From: Fervidobacterium sp.
GTDB lineage: Bacteria; Thermotogota; Thermotogae; Thermotogales; Fervidobacteriaceae
Reading direction: 5' to 3'
DNA: 64,000 nucleotides
Assembly (NCBI GenBank): GCA_049970055.1
Contig: JBMFNR010000001.1
Coordinates: 32,001-96,000 of the forward strand
Part shown: positions 31,982 through 42,770 of the stretch, in pieces
How the letters are laid out: every line of letters begins with the position of its first letter
How positions within the stretch are numbered: the stretch's first letter is position 1
The notes under the pieces: model-generated
Databases searched by the model: none
What the model was told of the DNA's origin: nothing
What the model saw: only the letters and a program-made list of their open reading frames with translations
Position numbers and translations under genes: made by a program

Positions 31982-32620
31982 ATGGAATTTGAAAAGGAAA
32001 GAAAGGAAGATCTCGAAAACATTAAAAGTAACGATAAAAAAGTCAATGATGCTGAAGATAAAGGGGAAAAAACGGAAAATACAGAAAAGTTTGAGCCAAC
32101 AGCATCCGAAAATGTCGAGGGGCTCAATCTTGAAGAAGAAAATAAACAACTAAAAGAAAAGATAGCAGATCTTGAAAACCAATTGAAGGAGATTCAAAAT
32201 GCTGCAAGGATTATTAAGGCTTCTTTTGAGAATTATAAACTTGATGTTGAGCGTCAGATAAAGGAAAATACAAAGTCAACAGTGCTGAGAATTTTAAGAA
32301 GTTTAATACCGGTGATAGATGATTTCAAACGCGCGTTCAGCTATTATGAGCAGACAAAGAACCTAGAAGAGTTTTATTCAGGAACGCGAAAAATTTACGA
32401 AAAGTTTATCAAAATACTTGAAAATGAAGGATTAAAAAAGATAGATGCTTCTGGAAAATTTGATCCATTTTTACATGAAGCGCTCGAGAGAGAAGAAAGA
32501 GACGATGTTGAAGAATATACCGTCTTGGAAGTTATAGAAGATGGTTACACGTACAATGGACAAGTTATTAAACCAACCAAAGTAAAAGTTGCAGTAAAGC
32601 CTAAAAAACAAGCGGGGTGA
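31982..32620 (+). CDS. grpE: Nucleotide exchange factor GrpE
   Basis: A.FENYK, FDPFLHEA, GY...GQVIKPTKVKV. Confidence 0.95.
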   Translation: MEFEKERKEDLENIKSNDKKVNDAEDKGEKTENTEKFEPTASENVEGLNLEEENKQLKEKIADLENQLKEIQNAARIIKASFENYKLDVERQIKENTKSTVLRILRSLIPVIDDFKRAFSYYEQTKNLEEFYSGTRKIYEKFIKILENEGLKKIDASGKFDPFLHEALEREERDDVEEYTVLEVIEDGYTYNGQVIKPTKVKVAVKPKKQAG

Positions 32621-32625
32621 TTTAA

Positions 32626-33753
32626 ATGCCTTCCAAGAAAGATTATTATGAGATATTAGGTGTTCCAAGGAATGCAAGTGATGATGAGATAAAAGCTGCG
32701 TACAAAAGACTCATAAAAGAGTGGCACCCTGATAGACAACCTGAAGATAAGAAAAAAATTGCGGAGCAGAAATTTAAGGAGATTCAAGAAGCATACGAAG
32801 TTCTTTCCGACCCCCAAAAGCGTGCAATGTATGATAAGTTTGGATACGTAGGTGAGGGAGTTCCACACAACTATGAGTACAATGGCTCAGGTTCCGGTTT
32901 TGGATTCGAAGATATATTCAGAGATTTCCTGAACGATGATATATTCAACATCTTCTTTGGCGGTCAGAGAACGCAAGCTTCCGGTCAAAGGGGTACAAGT
33001 AGGAAGGCGCCAAAAAGGGGAGAGGATATAAATTTCGAGATTACAATTGATCAAATAGATGTCTTCACTGGAAAAGATGTAATGATTGAATACGATAGGT
33101 ATGAAGAGTGTGAACATTGCCACGGCGAAGGCGTTGAACCAGGGAGTAAATGGATAACATGTTCTAAATGTCATGGTACAGGTGTTGTTAGAGAGGAAAG
33201 AAGAACACCGTTCGGTGTTTTTATAAACCAGTACACATGTGATTTGTGCGGCGGAACGGGAAGAGTGCCGGGTGAAACGTGCCATGTTTGTAGAGGAGTC
33301 GGGAGAGTTAGAAAAAGGACCTCTACAGTGGTCAACATACCAGCAGGTGTTGAAAATGGTTCAGTGATAAGAATACCAAGAAAAGGTAACGCAGGATTGT
33401 ACGGTGGAGATTATGGAGATCTGTATATTCACGTAAATGTTAGAAAATCGAGTGACTACAAACGTGAGGGTGATGATATAATAATAGATGTACCTGTTGA
33501 TTACGTAACAGCAATACTTGGTGGAAGTGTTCACGTGGATCTACCAAGTGGTGAGACCATTGAAGTGGAAATTCCAGCAGGTACGCAACCTAATGAAAAA
33601 ATAATAGTTAAAGGTAAAGGGTTCCCAAATTTAAGAACGGGAAAGCGAGGGAACCTTATAGTTAATACTATTGTTCGAATACCAAAGAGAATTTCTCACA
33701 AGGAAAAAGAATTGCTCAAAGAAATAGCAAAAGAGAGAGGAGTCAAAGTTTGA
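32626..33753 (+). CDS. dnaJ: Chaperone DnaJ
   Basis: J domain with HPD; four CxxCxGxG repeats. Confidence 0.97.
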   Translation: MPSKKDYYEILGVPRNASDDEIKAAYKRLIKEWHPDRQPEDKKKIAEQKFKEIQEAYEVLSDPQKRAMYDKFGYVGEGVPHNYEYNGSGSGFGFEDIFRDFLNDDIFNIFFGGQRTQASGQRGTSRKAPKRGEDINFEITIDQIDVFTGKDVMIEYDRYEECEHCHGEGVEPGSKWITCSKCHGTGVVREERRTPFGVFINQYTCDLCGGTGRVPGETCHVCRGVGRVRKRTSTVVNIPAGVENGSVIRIPRKGNAGLYGGDYGDLYIHVNVRKSSDYKREGDDIIIDVPVDYVTAILGGSVHVDLPSGETIEVEIPAGTQPNEKIIVKGKGFPNLRTGKRGNLIVNTIVRIPKRISHKEKELLKEIAKERGVKV

Positions 33754-35060
33754 GATTGGATAATCGAAAAATTTCTAAAGCAAAGAAAAGTGCCTTATCT
33801 AAAAGGTTGATTTTTGTAATCTCTGTTTTGGTTTCAGTGCTTTTGGTTTTTCCCGCTTTGTACGGTATTGTGAATTTGGACAAAATATTCACTAATAAAA
33901 AAGCTGATAACGTGGGTAATACTTTTAGTCCAGTTAAAATAACTTATAGCGAAGGTTACGAAGTACGATTTCACCGAGTCCTTAAGTCTAAAGATAATAT
34001 AGTAGCAGTTGGTACTATATTGAAAAACGCTGATCTTAAGTACCAACTGTTTTTTGTTATCTTTGACGCAAATGGGCAAATTATTCATAGGGTAGAGTTT
34101 GGTGCCGAGGGTGATGAATGGGGCTATGATCTCTTGAAAGATGGTGATGAGTACATTGTTATTGGTTTAAGTTCATCAAGATCTTTGAATGTTCAAGGTC
34201 GATACGATGTGTTAGTTTTAAGAATAGACAAAGATGGTAATATTGTGTCTTACAATACGTATGGCGGGCCAGATTGGGATAGAGTATACAAGATCTTAAA
34301 GGTTAATGGCGGTTACGTTTTTGTCGGTGACAACTTTATGAAAGGTGGGGATGTGTACGAAAACTACGGAGAACACGACTTTTGGATAGTTAAGATCGAT
34401 AGGAACGGAAAGATTATTTGGAGTAAAAGTTTCGGAGGAATAAAGTGGGACAGGGCGTACAGTGCCGAATACGATGCCTCAAGTGATACAATAATAGTCG
34501 TTGGTTCTTCAAATTCATTTAACGATGGTAATAGGTACGACGGATATGTTGTAGCATACGATTCAAATGGTCAGATGAAATGGAACGTAGTTTTGTCTAA
34601 TTTTAATACACTTTGGCCAACAAGTGTGTCGATTTTTAATTCTGAAATATACGTTGGTGGCTATGTTTTCGAAAACGGTGAGGAAAAATCATTTATATCA
34701 AAGATAAATCTATCAGGAAAAGTTGAGTACATAAAAACATTTGCACAAAACACGAGAATACAAAGTTTAAAGCCTATACAAGATGACAATAAAAACACAA
34801 CAATATATTTTGTAGGGTATAAGGATAGCGTGAAAGATAGTGGGGAAAATAACGGAGACAATAGCGGAAGAAAGATACCGTGGTACGGGCAGTTTAACTT
34901 TGCAGAAGGTATGATAACACCAGTTGTAGTTGAATACACTCTGGGTTATGACTACGGTATGCTTTTTGATATATCCTACGATGGCTTTTCAGCGATAGTT
35001 TGTGGATTTGTAATGGAAAAAGGTAAGATAAGCGGATTAATTGAAAGTATCGGAAACTAA
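33750..35060 (+). CDS. Membrane-anchored beta-propeller-like hypothetical protein
   Basis: N-terminal TM segment; repeats of D.W.VKID.NG.I.W...FGG...D. Confidence 0.65.
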   Translation: MRLDNRKISKAKKSALSKRLIFVISVLVSVLLVFPALYGIVNLDKIFTNKKADNVGNTFSPVKITYSEGYEVRFHRVLKSKDNIVAVGTILKNADLKYQLFFVIFDANGQIIHRVEFGAEGDEWGYDLLKDGDEYIVIGLSSSRSLNVQGRYDVLVLRIDKDGNIVSYNTYGGPDWDRVYKILKVNGGYVFVGDNFMKGGDVYENYGEHDFWIVKIDRNGKIIWSKSFGGIKWDRAYSAEYDASSDTIIVVGSSNSFNDGNRYDGYVVAYDSNGQMKWNVVLSNFNTLWPTSVSIFNSEIYVGGYVFENGEEKSFISKINLSGKVEYIKTFAQNTRIQSLKPIQDDNKNTTIYFVGYKDSVKDSGENNGDNSGRKIPWYGQFNFAEGMITPVVVEYTLGYDYGMLFDISYDGFSAIVCGFVMEKGKISGLIESIGN

Positions 35061-35812
35061 ATGTTTAATATATTCTTTATATTTCCTTTATACATCCTAC
35101 CGATTGGTATAATCTTCCCATTTACAAGCTCAATAGCGTTACCGCCAAAGTAATTTTTTAAGATTTTGCTGATAGCATCGATGGATACGATAAAAGATTT
35201 ATGTACTCTTAGGAATTTATCTGCAGGTAACTTTGCTTCATATTCCTTCAACGGTGTTTTTGTTCTAAATGACTTATCTTTGAGCGTAACTATCGTCGTG
35301 CCTTGGTCAGATTCAAAATACAAGATATCATTCCAATTTACGAGCACAATTTCATGATCTGTTTCGATAGGGATTTTATTTGAAGCGTGGATTTTGCTTG
35401 CTAACGTGCGCGCATTTTCAAAGTAAGAGCTAACTTTGGATTCTCTATTACTTGCTTCGATAAACTTCCTAACCTTATCGATGGCTATTCTTAGCCTTTC
35501 TTTGCTTATTGGTTTTAGCAGATAGTCAACAGCATTTTCTTCAAAAGCTTTGACAGCATACTCTGAGTAGGCTGTTGTGAAGATTACGTATGGTTTGTGT
35601 GAAACATTTTTTAGCACGTAGAAACCATCATTTTCACCAAGATTTATATCCAAGAATAAAACATCTGGTTTTTGCTTGTCAACTAATCTTATCGCATCGT
35701 CTGCGTTGTTAGCAATTCCTAATACGTTCAGTTGTTCTTCTTTAAGCATTTTCTCTAATATCTTAGCGAGGAATTTTTCATCTTCCACTATCACACATGT
35801 CAATGTTATCAT
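35057..35812 (-). CDS. LytTR family response regulator
   Basis: Receiver (EDE, FLDI, DYLLKP) plus FLRVHKSFIV. Confidence 0.93.
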   Translation of the reverse strand: MITLTCVIVEDEKFLAKILEKMLKEEQLNVLGIANNADDAIRLVDKQKPDVLFLDINLGENDGFYVLKNVSHKPYVIFTTAYSEYAVKAFEENAVDYLLKPISKERLRIAIDKVRKFIEASNRESKVSSYFENARTLASKIHASNKIPIETDHEIVLVNWNDILYFESDQGTTIVTLKDKSFRTKTPLKEYEAKLPADKFLRVHKSFIVSIDAISKILKNYFGGNAIELVNGKIIPIGRMYKGNIKNILNI

Positions 35813-36813
35813 TCCGCTATCATCCCCCCAAATAATAAATAAATCCTAATGATCGTACCTTTTCCAACCTCTGAATTAACTTCAAGTTTGGCCCCTTTGG
35901 AGAAAAGTCTTAACCTTTGTTCAACAAGTGATATACCTGTACCACTTTCGATTTTTTTCGCCCCAACACCTGTATCTTTGACTTCTATAACTATTTTATC
36001 ATCAGTTCTTTTACACAAGATATACACCTTCCCACCAGTTTTTGACTTAGTAATGCCATGAACGATAGCATTTTCAACAAGCGGTTGAAGAAGTAAAGCG
36101 GGAATTTTTTCATCACTGCACTCTCGGGACACATCAATCTCAAAGTCAAACTTTTCACCAAGCCTTACTTTATTTATATTTAAATACCGCCTTGCAAGTT
36201 CAATCTCCTGGTTAATTGTCCACACCTCCGGAGAATCAACACTCATTCTAAGTAAACAAGATACATCTGACAAGTATTTTTTGATCTTTTCCGTATCCTC
36301 ATTTAACTCAAGCATGGATATAGCTGTTGCAAGTGTATTGAAAAGAAAGTGCGGATTCACTTTTGATTTTAAAAACTCTAATTCTAAAGAAAGCCTTGCC
36401 TGTTTTAATTGCTCGTTCTCAAGTATTTTACTTTCAAGTTCTCTTTTCAATGTCAAGTAAGCTATTCCAAAAGCTACAAGAAGAAACGTTGAAATGACGA
36501 GCAGGGTATTTAAAAAGTCAGCGATGGCCTCTTGTGGATAATTTTCCAACCAAAGCTTGAAAAGATTGAAAAATAATAGTGAAAACCCTGCAACGCTAAT
36601 TATCAAAAGAACAAAATACACGAGTTTTAAGAACCTGTTGGAGTCTTTAAAATTTGAAAACCATACCCGAAAAGCGTAATACGAAAGCCCTGTTGTGTTG
36701 ACAACAATGAATATAGAAATTAAAGATATAAAATATAAACTTGAAGGTAAAAGATACATTGAAAAAACAAAGATTACTAGAACAAGCAATTGTAAGAAAA
36801 GAACAATCTTCAT
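35809..36813 (-). CDS. LytS/YehU-type sensor histidine kinase
   Basis: NPHFLFNTL, LQPLVENAIVHG, D.GVG, GTG; N-terminal TM segments. Confidence 0.92.
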   Translation of the reverse strand: MKIVLFLQLLVLVIFVFSMYLLPSSLYFISLISIFIVVNTTGLSYYAFRVWFSNFKDSNRFLKLVYFVLLIISVAGFSLLFFNLFKLWLENYPQEAIADFLNTLLVISTFLLVAFGIAYLTLKRELESKILENEQLKQARLSLELEFLKSKVNPHFLFNTLATAISMLELNEDTEKIKKYLSDVSCLLRMSVDSPEVWTINQEIELARRYLNINKVRLGEKFDFEIDVSRECSDEKIPALLLQPLVENAIVHGITKSKTGGKVYILCKRTDDKIVIEVKDTGVGAKKIESGTGISLVEQRLRLFSKGAKLEVNSEVGKGTIIRIYLLFGGMIAE

Positions 36814-36838
36814 ACCTTACACCTCCTCGATCACTTGC

Positions 36839-36906
36839 TTGACTTTTCAAGGAAAATATGATACTATATATAGTGTATATATTCTCAAAAACACTATATA
36901 ATGTCG
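36839..36906 (+). promoter_or_regulatory. nrdG-nrdD promoter with tandem NrdR boxes
   Basis: TTGACT-17nt-TACTAT; ATACTATATATAGTGT (36861-36876) and ACACTATATAATGTCG (36891-36906) resemble the NrdR box acaCwAtATaTwGtgt. Confidence 0.75.
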
Positions 36907-36943
36907 TCATACCATCCAGAAGAAATTTCGAGGGGGGGGTCAT

Positions 36944-37522
36944 ATGAATTCTATCACATCTTCGTTTTCTTTTCCAACTTCACACATGGGTGTAAGTTCT
37001 CTTGTACGCGCTGTTAAAGTTCTTTACGGTGACCATCCTACATTGCCTTCTGTAAGCGTTTATTTTCAAGGTTGTGACGCATTTCCAAAATGTCATGGTT
37101 GCCACAATCCGGAGACTTGGGATTTTGACGAAAACTTTGCTGTTGGATTTGAACATTTAGAAACTTTAACCACTCAGAAAATAAGTTTCCTTCTTTCAAG
37201 GTTCGAAAAGGTCGGACTGGCACTGTTAGGTGGAGAGCCTTTATCTGAGAGAAATCGGTATGCTGCTTATCTTTTGGCAAAGCGTATTAAAGAGAGAGTC
37301 AATAAACAAGTAACTGTAATTGTTTATACGTGGCGACTGCCTGAGGATCTTGAGAAAATTGATATCCCTTTAGTGTATTTCGATGAGTTTGTTATGGGAA
37401 GATACATTAAAGAATATCATCAAGATGGATTCCCCGCTTCGAGAAATCAACTTTACATAACTTATGATGAATTGTGCTCTCGTTTTAACGTCTGCAGTAT
37501 GAGTGAACGTGTAAGCGAGTAA
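36944..37522 (+). CDS. nrdG: Anaerobic ribonucleotide reductase activase (radical SAM)
   Basis: YFQGCDAFPKCHGCHNPETW, LGGEPL, PASRNQ; directly upstream of nrdD. Confidence 0.85.
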   Translation: MNSITSSFSFPTSHMGVSSLVRAVKVLYGDHPTLPSVSVYFQGCDAFPKCHGCHNPETWDFDENFAVGFEHLETLTTQKISFLLSRFEKVGLALLGGEPLSERNRYAAYLLAKRIKERVNKQVTVIVYTWRLPEDLEKIDIPLVYFDEFVMGRYIKEYHQDGFPASRNQLYITYDELCSRFNVCSMSERVSE

Positions 37523-37564
37523 GAAAAGATAGCAGGAAAAATCTCAGAAAAAGGGGGCAAGGTT

Positions 37565-39496
37565 ATGTCAGACATTATTAATATACTTAAGTATATGGAC
37601 TTTTCAACGGATTTTATCGATGAATTTAAAAATGTACCAGATGAGTTTTTACAACTTGAAGGTATAAGTTGGCAAATCGATATTGCACGTTTTACAGAAC
37701 ACTTTTTCAACAACGGAATTTTGAATTCATCTATAGATTCCAACGCGAATGTGAGAAGTACCAACGTGTACACATATTTTAACGAGGTTGTCAAACCTTG
37801 GTCTAAATTGTACTCACTTTATTATATATACGAAAGGATAAAGAACCTCTTCGGACAGGAAGATGCGAAAACTTTCCTAAGATACGAAATATATGGCGAT
37901 ATCTATCTTCACGATGCTCACCATGCAGCATTTGAACCATATTGTTATGCGTATTCGCTCCGTCCAATTGTTGAAAAAGGATTGTTCTTTATCGATAGTA
38001 TAAAATCAACACCGGCAAAGCATCTGTCTTCTTATATACAGCATGTTATTCAGTTCGTGATGTTCGCTTCGAACCAGCAATCAGGTGCCGTTGGATTACC
38101 AGATTTCTTTGTGTGGCTTGCTTATTTTTACAATAGAGACTTAAAGGAAGGTGTGATACCAAAAGGTCAAGAAAAGCAGTACCTCTACCAGCATTTCCAA
38201 ATATTCACTTATTCGATCAACCAGCCCATCAGAGGCACTCAGTCTCCATACACGAATTTCACATACCTTGACAGGAATTATATTAAATCGATATTCGAAG
38301 GTGAAACTTATCCAGATGGTTCCTTTATCATCGACTATATTGAAGACATCATAACGCTACAAAAGGAATATTGGATGTGGATCAGCAACGAAAGGGAAAA
38401 GCAGATGTTCACATTCCCAGTTCTCACCGCATCTCTTTTGTACCAAGGAGGAAAGTTTTTAGATGAAGACAGTGCAAGGTTCATTAACAAGGTGAATATG
38501 AAGTGGCAAGATACAAATTGGTATATATCAGATAGTGTAGATGCCGTTGCATCGTGTTGTAGATTGACAAGTTCTACAAAAGAATTGAAATCAAAACAAT
38601 TTATCTTGGGAAAAGAAAAGTTATCGGGTATGTCAAATTCGATCGGTGGGTCTGATTTAAACATTGGCTCATTTAAGGTAGTGACAATTAATCTTCCGAG
38701 AATCGCACTGGTATCAAAAAGCAAGGAAAAATTCAAGCAAATATTAATGATGAAGATAAGGTTAGTGCAAAAAGTGTTGGCAAGTATAAGAAGTATAATA
38801 CAAGAGAGAATTCAACAAGGAGTGTTGCCACTTTACAATCTTGGTCTCATGGATTTAAACAGGCAGTACGGGACGATAGGCATCAATGGACTTTTTGAAG
38901 CCATGGAGATTCTTGGGCTAACGTATGAGGATATCGATGGAGTAAAATACACACAGGAAGGTGAAAAGTTTATTAGTGAAATATTAGACGAAATGAAAAA
39001 TCTAAGCGATGAAGCTTTCGATTTATACGGTTTTACGTTCAACATTGAACAAGTCCCAGCCGAAAAAGCAGCGGTCACATTGGCACAAAAAGACAAATTG
39101 CTTTACAACACAAGCTACACCCTTTACTCAAACCAATGGCTGCCACTAACAACGGATACAGATATGCTAAATAGGATAAGATATTCTGGTATCTACGATA
39201 AAAAAGTTTCTGGAGGTGCCATATTACACGTAAACCTAGATTCGCCATTTAGAACAGAAGAAGAAGCTTGGAACATGGTCAATTTAGTAGCTCAAATGGG
39301 TGTCGTTTACTTTGCGTTTAACCAAAAGATTAGTGTATGTGAAGGTGGGCATGCGTTCTATGGGGACAGATGTCCGTTGTGCGGTAAGGCAAAGGCAGAC
39401 GAATACTTAAGAATAGTCGGATACCTTGTTCCTGTAAGATCTTTCAATAAAGTAAGGCAAAAAGAAGAATATCCCAAGAGGGTTTTTTACAAATAA
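37565..39496 (+). CDS. nrdD: Class III (anaerobic) ribonucleoside-triphosphate reductase, no ATP cone
   Basis: FTFPVLT, SCCRL, INLPRIA, EQVPAE, C..GH/CPLC Zn site, glycyl radical motif RIVGYL. Confidence 0.93.
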   Translation: MSDIINILKYMDFSTDFIDEFKNVPDEFLQLEGISWQIDIARFTEHFFNNGILNSSIDSNANVRSTNVYTYFNEVVKPWSKLYSLYYIYERIKNLFGQEDAKTFLRYEIYGDIYLHDAHHAAFEPYCYAYSLRPIVEKGLFFIDSIKSTPAKHLSSYIQHVIQFVMFASNQQSGAVGLPDFFVWLAYFYNRDLKEGVIPKGQEKQYLYQHFQIFTYSINQPIRGTQSPYTNFTYLDRNYIKSIFEGETYPDGSFIIDYIEDIITLQKEYWMWISNEREKQMFTFPVLTASLLYQGGKFLDEDSARFINKVNMKWQDTNWYISDSVDAVASCCRLTSSTKELKSKQFILGKEKLSGMSNSIGGSDLNIGSFKVVTINLPRIALVSKSKEKFKQILMMKIRLVQKVLASIRSIIQERIQQGVLPLYNLGLMDLNRQYGTIGINGLFEAMEILGLTYEDIDGVKYTQEGEKFISEILDEMKNLSDEAFDLYGFTFNIEQVPAEKAAVTLAQKDKLLYNTSYTLYSNQWLPLTTDTDMLNRIRYSGIYDKKVSGGAILHVNLDSPFRTEEEAWNMVNLVAQMGVVYFAFNQKISVCEGGHAFYGDRCPLCGKAKADEYLRIVGYLVPVRSFNKVRQKEEYPKRVFYK

Positions 39497-39502
39497 AAGA
39501 AT

Positions 39503-39534
39503 AAAAAAAGAGTGGCCAAAGTGCCACTCTTTTT
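39503..39534. terminator. Bidirectional terminator between nrdD and mutS
   Basis: AAAAAAGAGTGGC-CAAAGT-GCCACTCTTTTT. Confidence 0.85.
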
Positions 39535-39541
39535 AATATTA

Positions 39542-42022
39542 TTAGAATAACTTCATCTGTCCTTCCGGGATATTTTTCTTTGTAGCTTTTATCTTCTTCA
39601 TCTGTCCTTCCCTCAATACACCAACTTTCTTTTCTAAATCGCTCTTCTCTATTATAATGTTCAGTATTTGTTTTGCACGTTCCACAATACTCTCAGGCAA
39701 TCCAGCTATAGCAGCTACTTCTATTCCGTAACTTCTATCAGCTACGCCTCCGATAACCTTGTGTAAGAATATCACACCATCTGATGTTTCTTTCACCTCG
39801 ACGGTTAAATTTTTAATCCCTTGGTAACCTTCTGAGAGTTCGGTTAGTTCTGTAAAGTGCGTTGCAAAAATTGTCTTACACTTTAATTCGGTGTATATGT
39901 ATTCACTCATTGCCCAAGCTATACTTATCCCATCAAATGTGCTGGTACCACGCCCTACTTCATCGAGTAAAACAAGACTATCCTTTGTGGCCTTGGAAAG
40001 TATCAATGCGACTTCGTTCATCTCTGTTAAGAACGTACTTTTACCAGTTGAAATATCATCGCGAGCCCCCATGCGCGTGAATATTCTATCGAAAACGGGA
40101 ACTTTCGCGTATTTTGCTGGAACAAAAGATCCGATCTGGGCCATCAGTGCAATTAATCCAACTTGACGAATGTACGTACTCTTACCACTCATATTTGGAC
40201 CTGTAAGAATAAACATTCTGAGGTTATTGTCCATGTATGTATCGTTGGGAACAAATTCTTCAACGAACCTCTCAACAACAGGGTGCCTTCCTTGTAAAAC
40301 ATTGAATTCCTCGTTTGAGATCTCAGGTTTTACATACGAGTACATTTTCGAAACGTAAGCAAAATTCGAATATATATCAATCCAGCTAAGTGCTTCGGCT
40401 AATTTTCTCAATTGTTGGGTGTAATTTTTCAGATCATCGCAAAGATTTTTAAATATAGTCCTTTCCAAAATCTCAACTTTTTCCTTTGCAGCCAAAATTT
40501 TCTGCTCGAACTCTTTTAATTTTGGTGTTGTATACCTCTCAGCATTAACAAGAGTCTGAATCCTTGTATACTCCTCAGGTGCGAATTTTACCTGACCTTT
40601 TGGAATTTCAATATAGTATCCAAACACGTTGTTAAAACTCACCCTAAGCTTTTGTATTCCTGTTTTGATGCGCTCTTTTTCTTCAAATTCTTTCAACTTT
40701 TCATTTGAATGGTACAAAAGTTCTCTGTATTCATCAAGTTCTTTTGAGACTCCTTCTTTTATTGTTTTTCCTTCTCCAAGTTCGCCTTCGGGAACATCGT
40801 AGATTGTACTTTCTATCTTTGACTTGGCTTCGCCTAAATCGGGAAGGTCTTTGACGAATCTTTCAAACTTTTCATTTGTCGAAAGTGCATCTTTTATTGG
40901 TTCTACAACTTCAAGTGTTGCTTTCAAACTTACTATGTCTTTTGGTCTTGCACTATCGTACTCTATCCGATTTATAATTCTTTCCAAGTCGTAGACACCA
41001 TCCAAATATTCCCTAATTTCGTTTGTTAGAAGCGGATCTTCGTAAAACGCTTCAACGTACCATAGTCGTTCTTCTATCTTTTTCTTATTTTTCAAGGGGT
41101 GGAGTATGATCCATTTCAACAATCTTGAACCCATTGGTGTTCTAGTTTTGTTAAGTACATCATATAAATTTTTACCTTTGTCACCCGGTATAAGCGAGAG
41201 ATTTTCAACTGTTGATGAATCAAGTACCATATACTCGGATTCATCGAAAGTTTTTGGAACTCTCAATTTTGCATTCCTGTTGAGAGTGTAATTTATATAT
41301 TTTATCGTTGCACAAAATGGTTTTGATGCTTCACCAAGCTCAAAATGGTCGATTGAAGCGACATTGTATGCTTCTTTAATCGTTTGTATTTCGTTTTCGT
41401 AATACCAATCATCCAGTTTATCAACAAATACTCCTACCGAACGTGCGATATTGACGATCTTGTCATAGAAAGTATCAGGGCAAATTATCTGTGAAATTTT
41501 GTGTGTTTGGATAAAGTCAATCAATTCGTCCAAATCACTCATTTTCTTTATTATTACTTCTGCTGTTGAACTATCTGTGAGCACGGAGTATATGTTGCCA
41601 TCTTTTGTTTCGTAGAGTGACATCATATAATTACTATCTGCTGACAAAAGCTCGTCTTCGATAAGCGTTCCAGGTGTTATCACCCTTGTTACTTCCCTTT
41701 TTACGATTCCCCTTGCAAGTGCGGGATCTTCCATTTGCTCGCAGATCGCAACTTTGTATCCGGAATTCACAAGCTTTTTCAAATAGTTATCAAGCGCATG
41801 GTAAGGTATACCAGCCATGGGTGCATCTTGGCGCTTAGTTAAAACTATATTAAGCACTTTAGAAACGGTGAACGCATCTTCGAAAAATGCTTCGTAAAAA
41901 TCCCCAAGGCGGAAGAGCAAGATAGCATCCTTATATTTTTCCTTTATATCAAGGTATTGTTTCATCATCGGTGTGAGCTTTAAACTCTTAATGTCAAAAA
42001 GTTGCTTTTCCAATTTTCTCAC
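39542..42022 (-). CDS. mutS: DNA mismatch repair protein MutS (MutS1)
   Basis: TPMMKQY, FRLGDFYEAF, TGPNMSGKS, DEVGRGTST, SYGIEVA. Confidence 0.97.
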   Translation of the reverse strand: MRKLEKQLFDIKSLKLTPMMKQYLDIKEKYKDAILLFRLGDFYEAFFEDAFTVSKVLNIVLTKRQDAPMAGIPYHALDNYLKKLVNSGYKVAICEQMEDPALARGIVKREVTRVITPGTLIEDELLSADSNYMMSLYETKDGNIYSVLTDSSTAEVIIKKMSDLDELIDFIQTHKISQIICPDTFYDKIVNIARSVGVFVDKLDDWYYENEIQTIKEAYNVASIDHFELGEASKPFCATIKYINYTLNRNAKLRVPKTFDESEYMVLDSSTVENLSLIPGDKGKNLYDVLNKTRTPMGSRLLKWIILHPLKNKKKIEERLWYVEAFYEDPLLTNEIREYLDGVYDLERIINRIEYDSARPKDIVSLKATLEVVEPIKDALSTNEKFERFVKDLPDLGEAKSKIESTIYDVPEGELGEGKTIKEGVSKELDEYRELLYHSNEKLKEFEEKERIKTGIQKLRVSFNNVFGYYIEIPKGQVKFAPEEYTRIQTLVNAERYTTPKLKEFEQKILAAKEKVEILERTIFKNLCDDLKNYTQQLRKLAEALSWIDIYSNFAYVSKMYSYVKPEISNEEFNVLQGRHPVVERFVEEFVPNDTYMDNNLRMFILTGPNMSGKSTYIRQVGLIALMAQIGSFVPAKYAKVPVFDRIFTRMGARDDISTGKSTFLTEMNEVALILSKATKDSLVLLDEVGRGTSTFDGISIAWAMSEYIYTELKCKTIFATHFTELTELSEGYQGIKNLTVEVKETSDGVIFLHKVIGGVADRSYGIEVAAIAGLPESIVERAKQILNIIIEKSDLEKKVGVLREGQMKKIKATKKNIPEGQMKLF

Positions 42023-42107
42023 CTGCCTTGGACATTCAATTTCGGTACCTCTAACATCATATTTAAGTGCAAATTACCATTTTTTCGTTTACTCAATTAA
42101 AGTACTT

Positions 42108-42770
42108 TCAAAGTCCCATTTTACCTTCTATTTGTCTTTTTTCGAAGTTTAGTTCAGCGATGCTTTTTTGTAGATACAGTGGTTCAACAAGATCTACAAA
42201 TCGCTTGTTTTTAACTTCTTCTAATGTGAGTTTCATCAACTTTTTAGCGGAAGGTAAGCTGTACTCATCGTTGAGTGTTTTGTCAAAAAATTGCGCACCA
42301 TCACCGACGAATATTTTCTCTTCGTATTTTTCGATTCTTAGTTTTATCGATTCAACACTATCAATAAACGGTTTTTCAATTTCGACAATTTCTCCAAACT
42401 TTGAACCTTGATATACGGCACCGTAAAGATAACCTTCTCTTGCTTTTCTGACTACAACTATATAACCTTCGTAAAATTCAACATTCGAAGCTATCAATTT
42501 CAAAGAATTTATTTGAACAAATTTCTTCCCGATGCCCAATCCTGTTGCAAATGCTATCCCCACACGCAAACCTGTTAAACTTCCTGGACCGATACCAATA
42601 CCAATTACATCCAAAGTACCGAAATCAACTTCGCCCATCTTCTCAGCAATTTGAGAAATTTTAAGTCCATGTTTTTCTTTAGTTTCAAGTTCAACTAATA
42701 TTTTCTTTTCACTATCTACATAGCATGCTACAACTCGTTGAGTTGATGTATCAATAGCAAAAATTCTCAG
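42108..42770 (-). CDS. tsaB: t6A biosynthesis protein TsaB (probable CTG start)
   Basis: GPGSLTGLRVG; frame extends upstream of the listed ORF to CTG-RIFAIDTS at 42770, after SD GGGAGG. Confidence 0.88.
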   Translation of the reverse strand: MRIFAIDTSTQRVVACYVDSEKKILVELETKEKHGLKISQIAEKMGEVDFGTLDVIGIGIGPGSLTGLRVGIAFATGLGIGKKFVQINSLKLIASNVEFYEGYIVVVRKAREGYLYGAVYQGSKFGEIVEIEKPFIDSVESIKLRIEKYEEKIFVGDGAQFFDKTLNDEYSLPSAKKLMKLTLEEVKNKRFVDLVEPLYLQKSIAELNFEKRQIEGKMGL

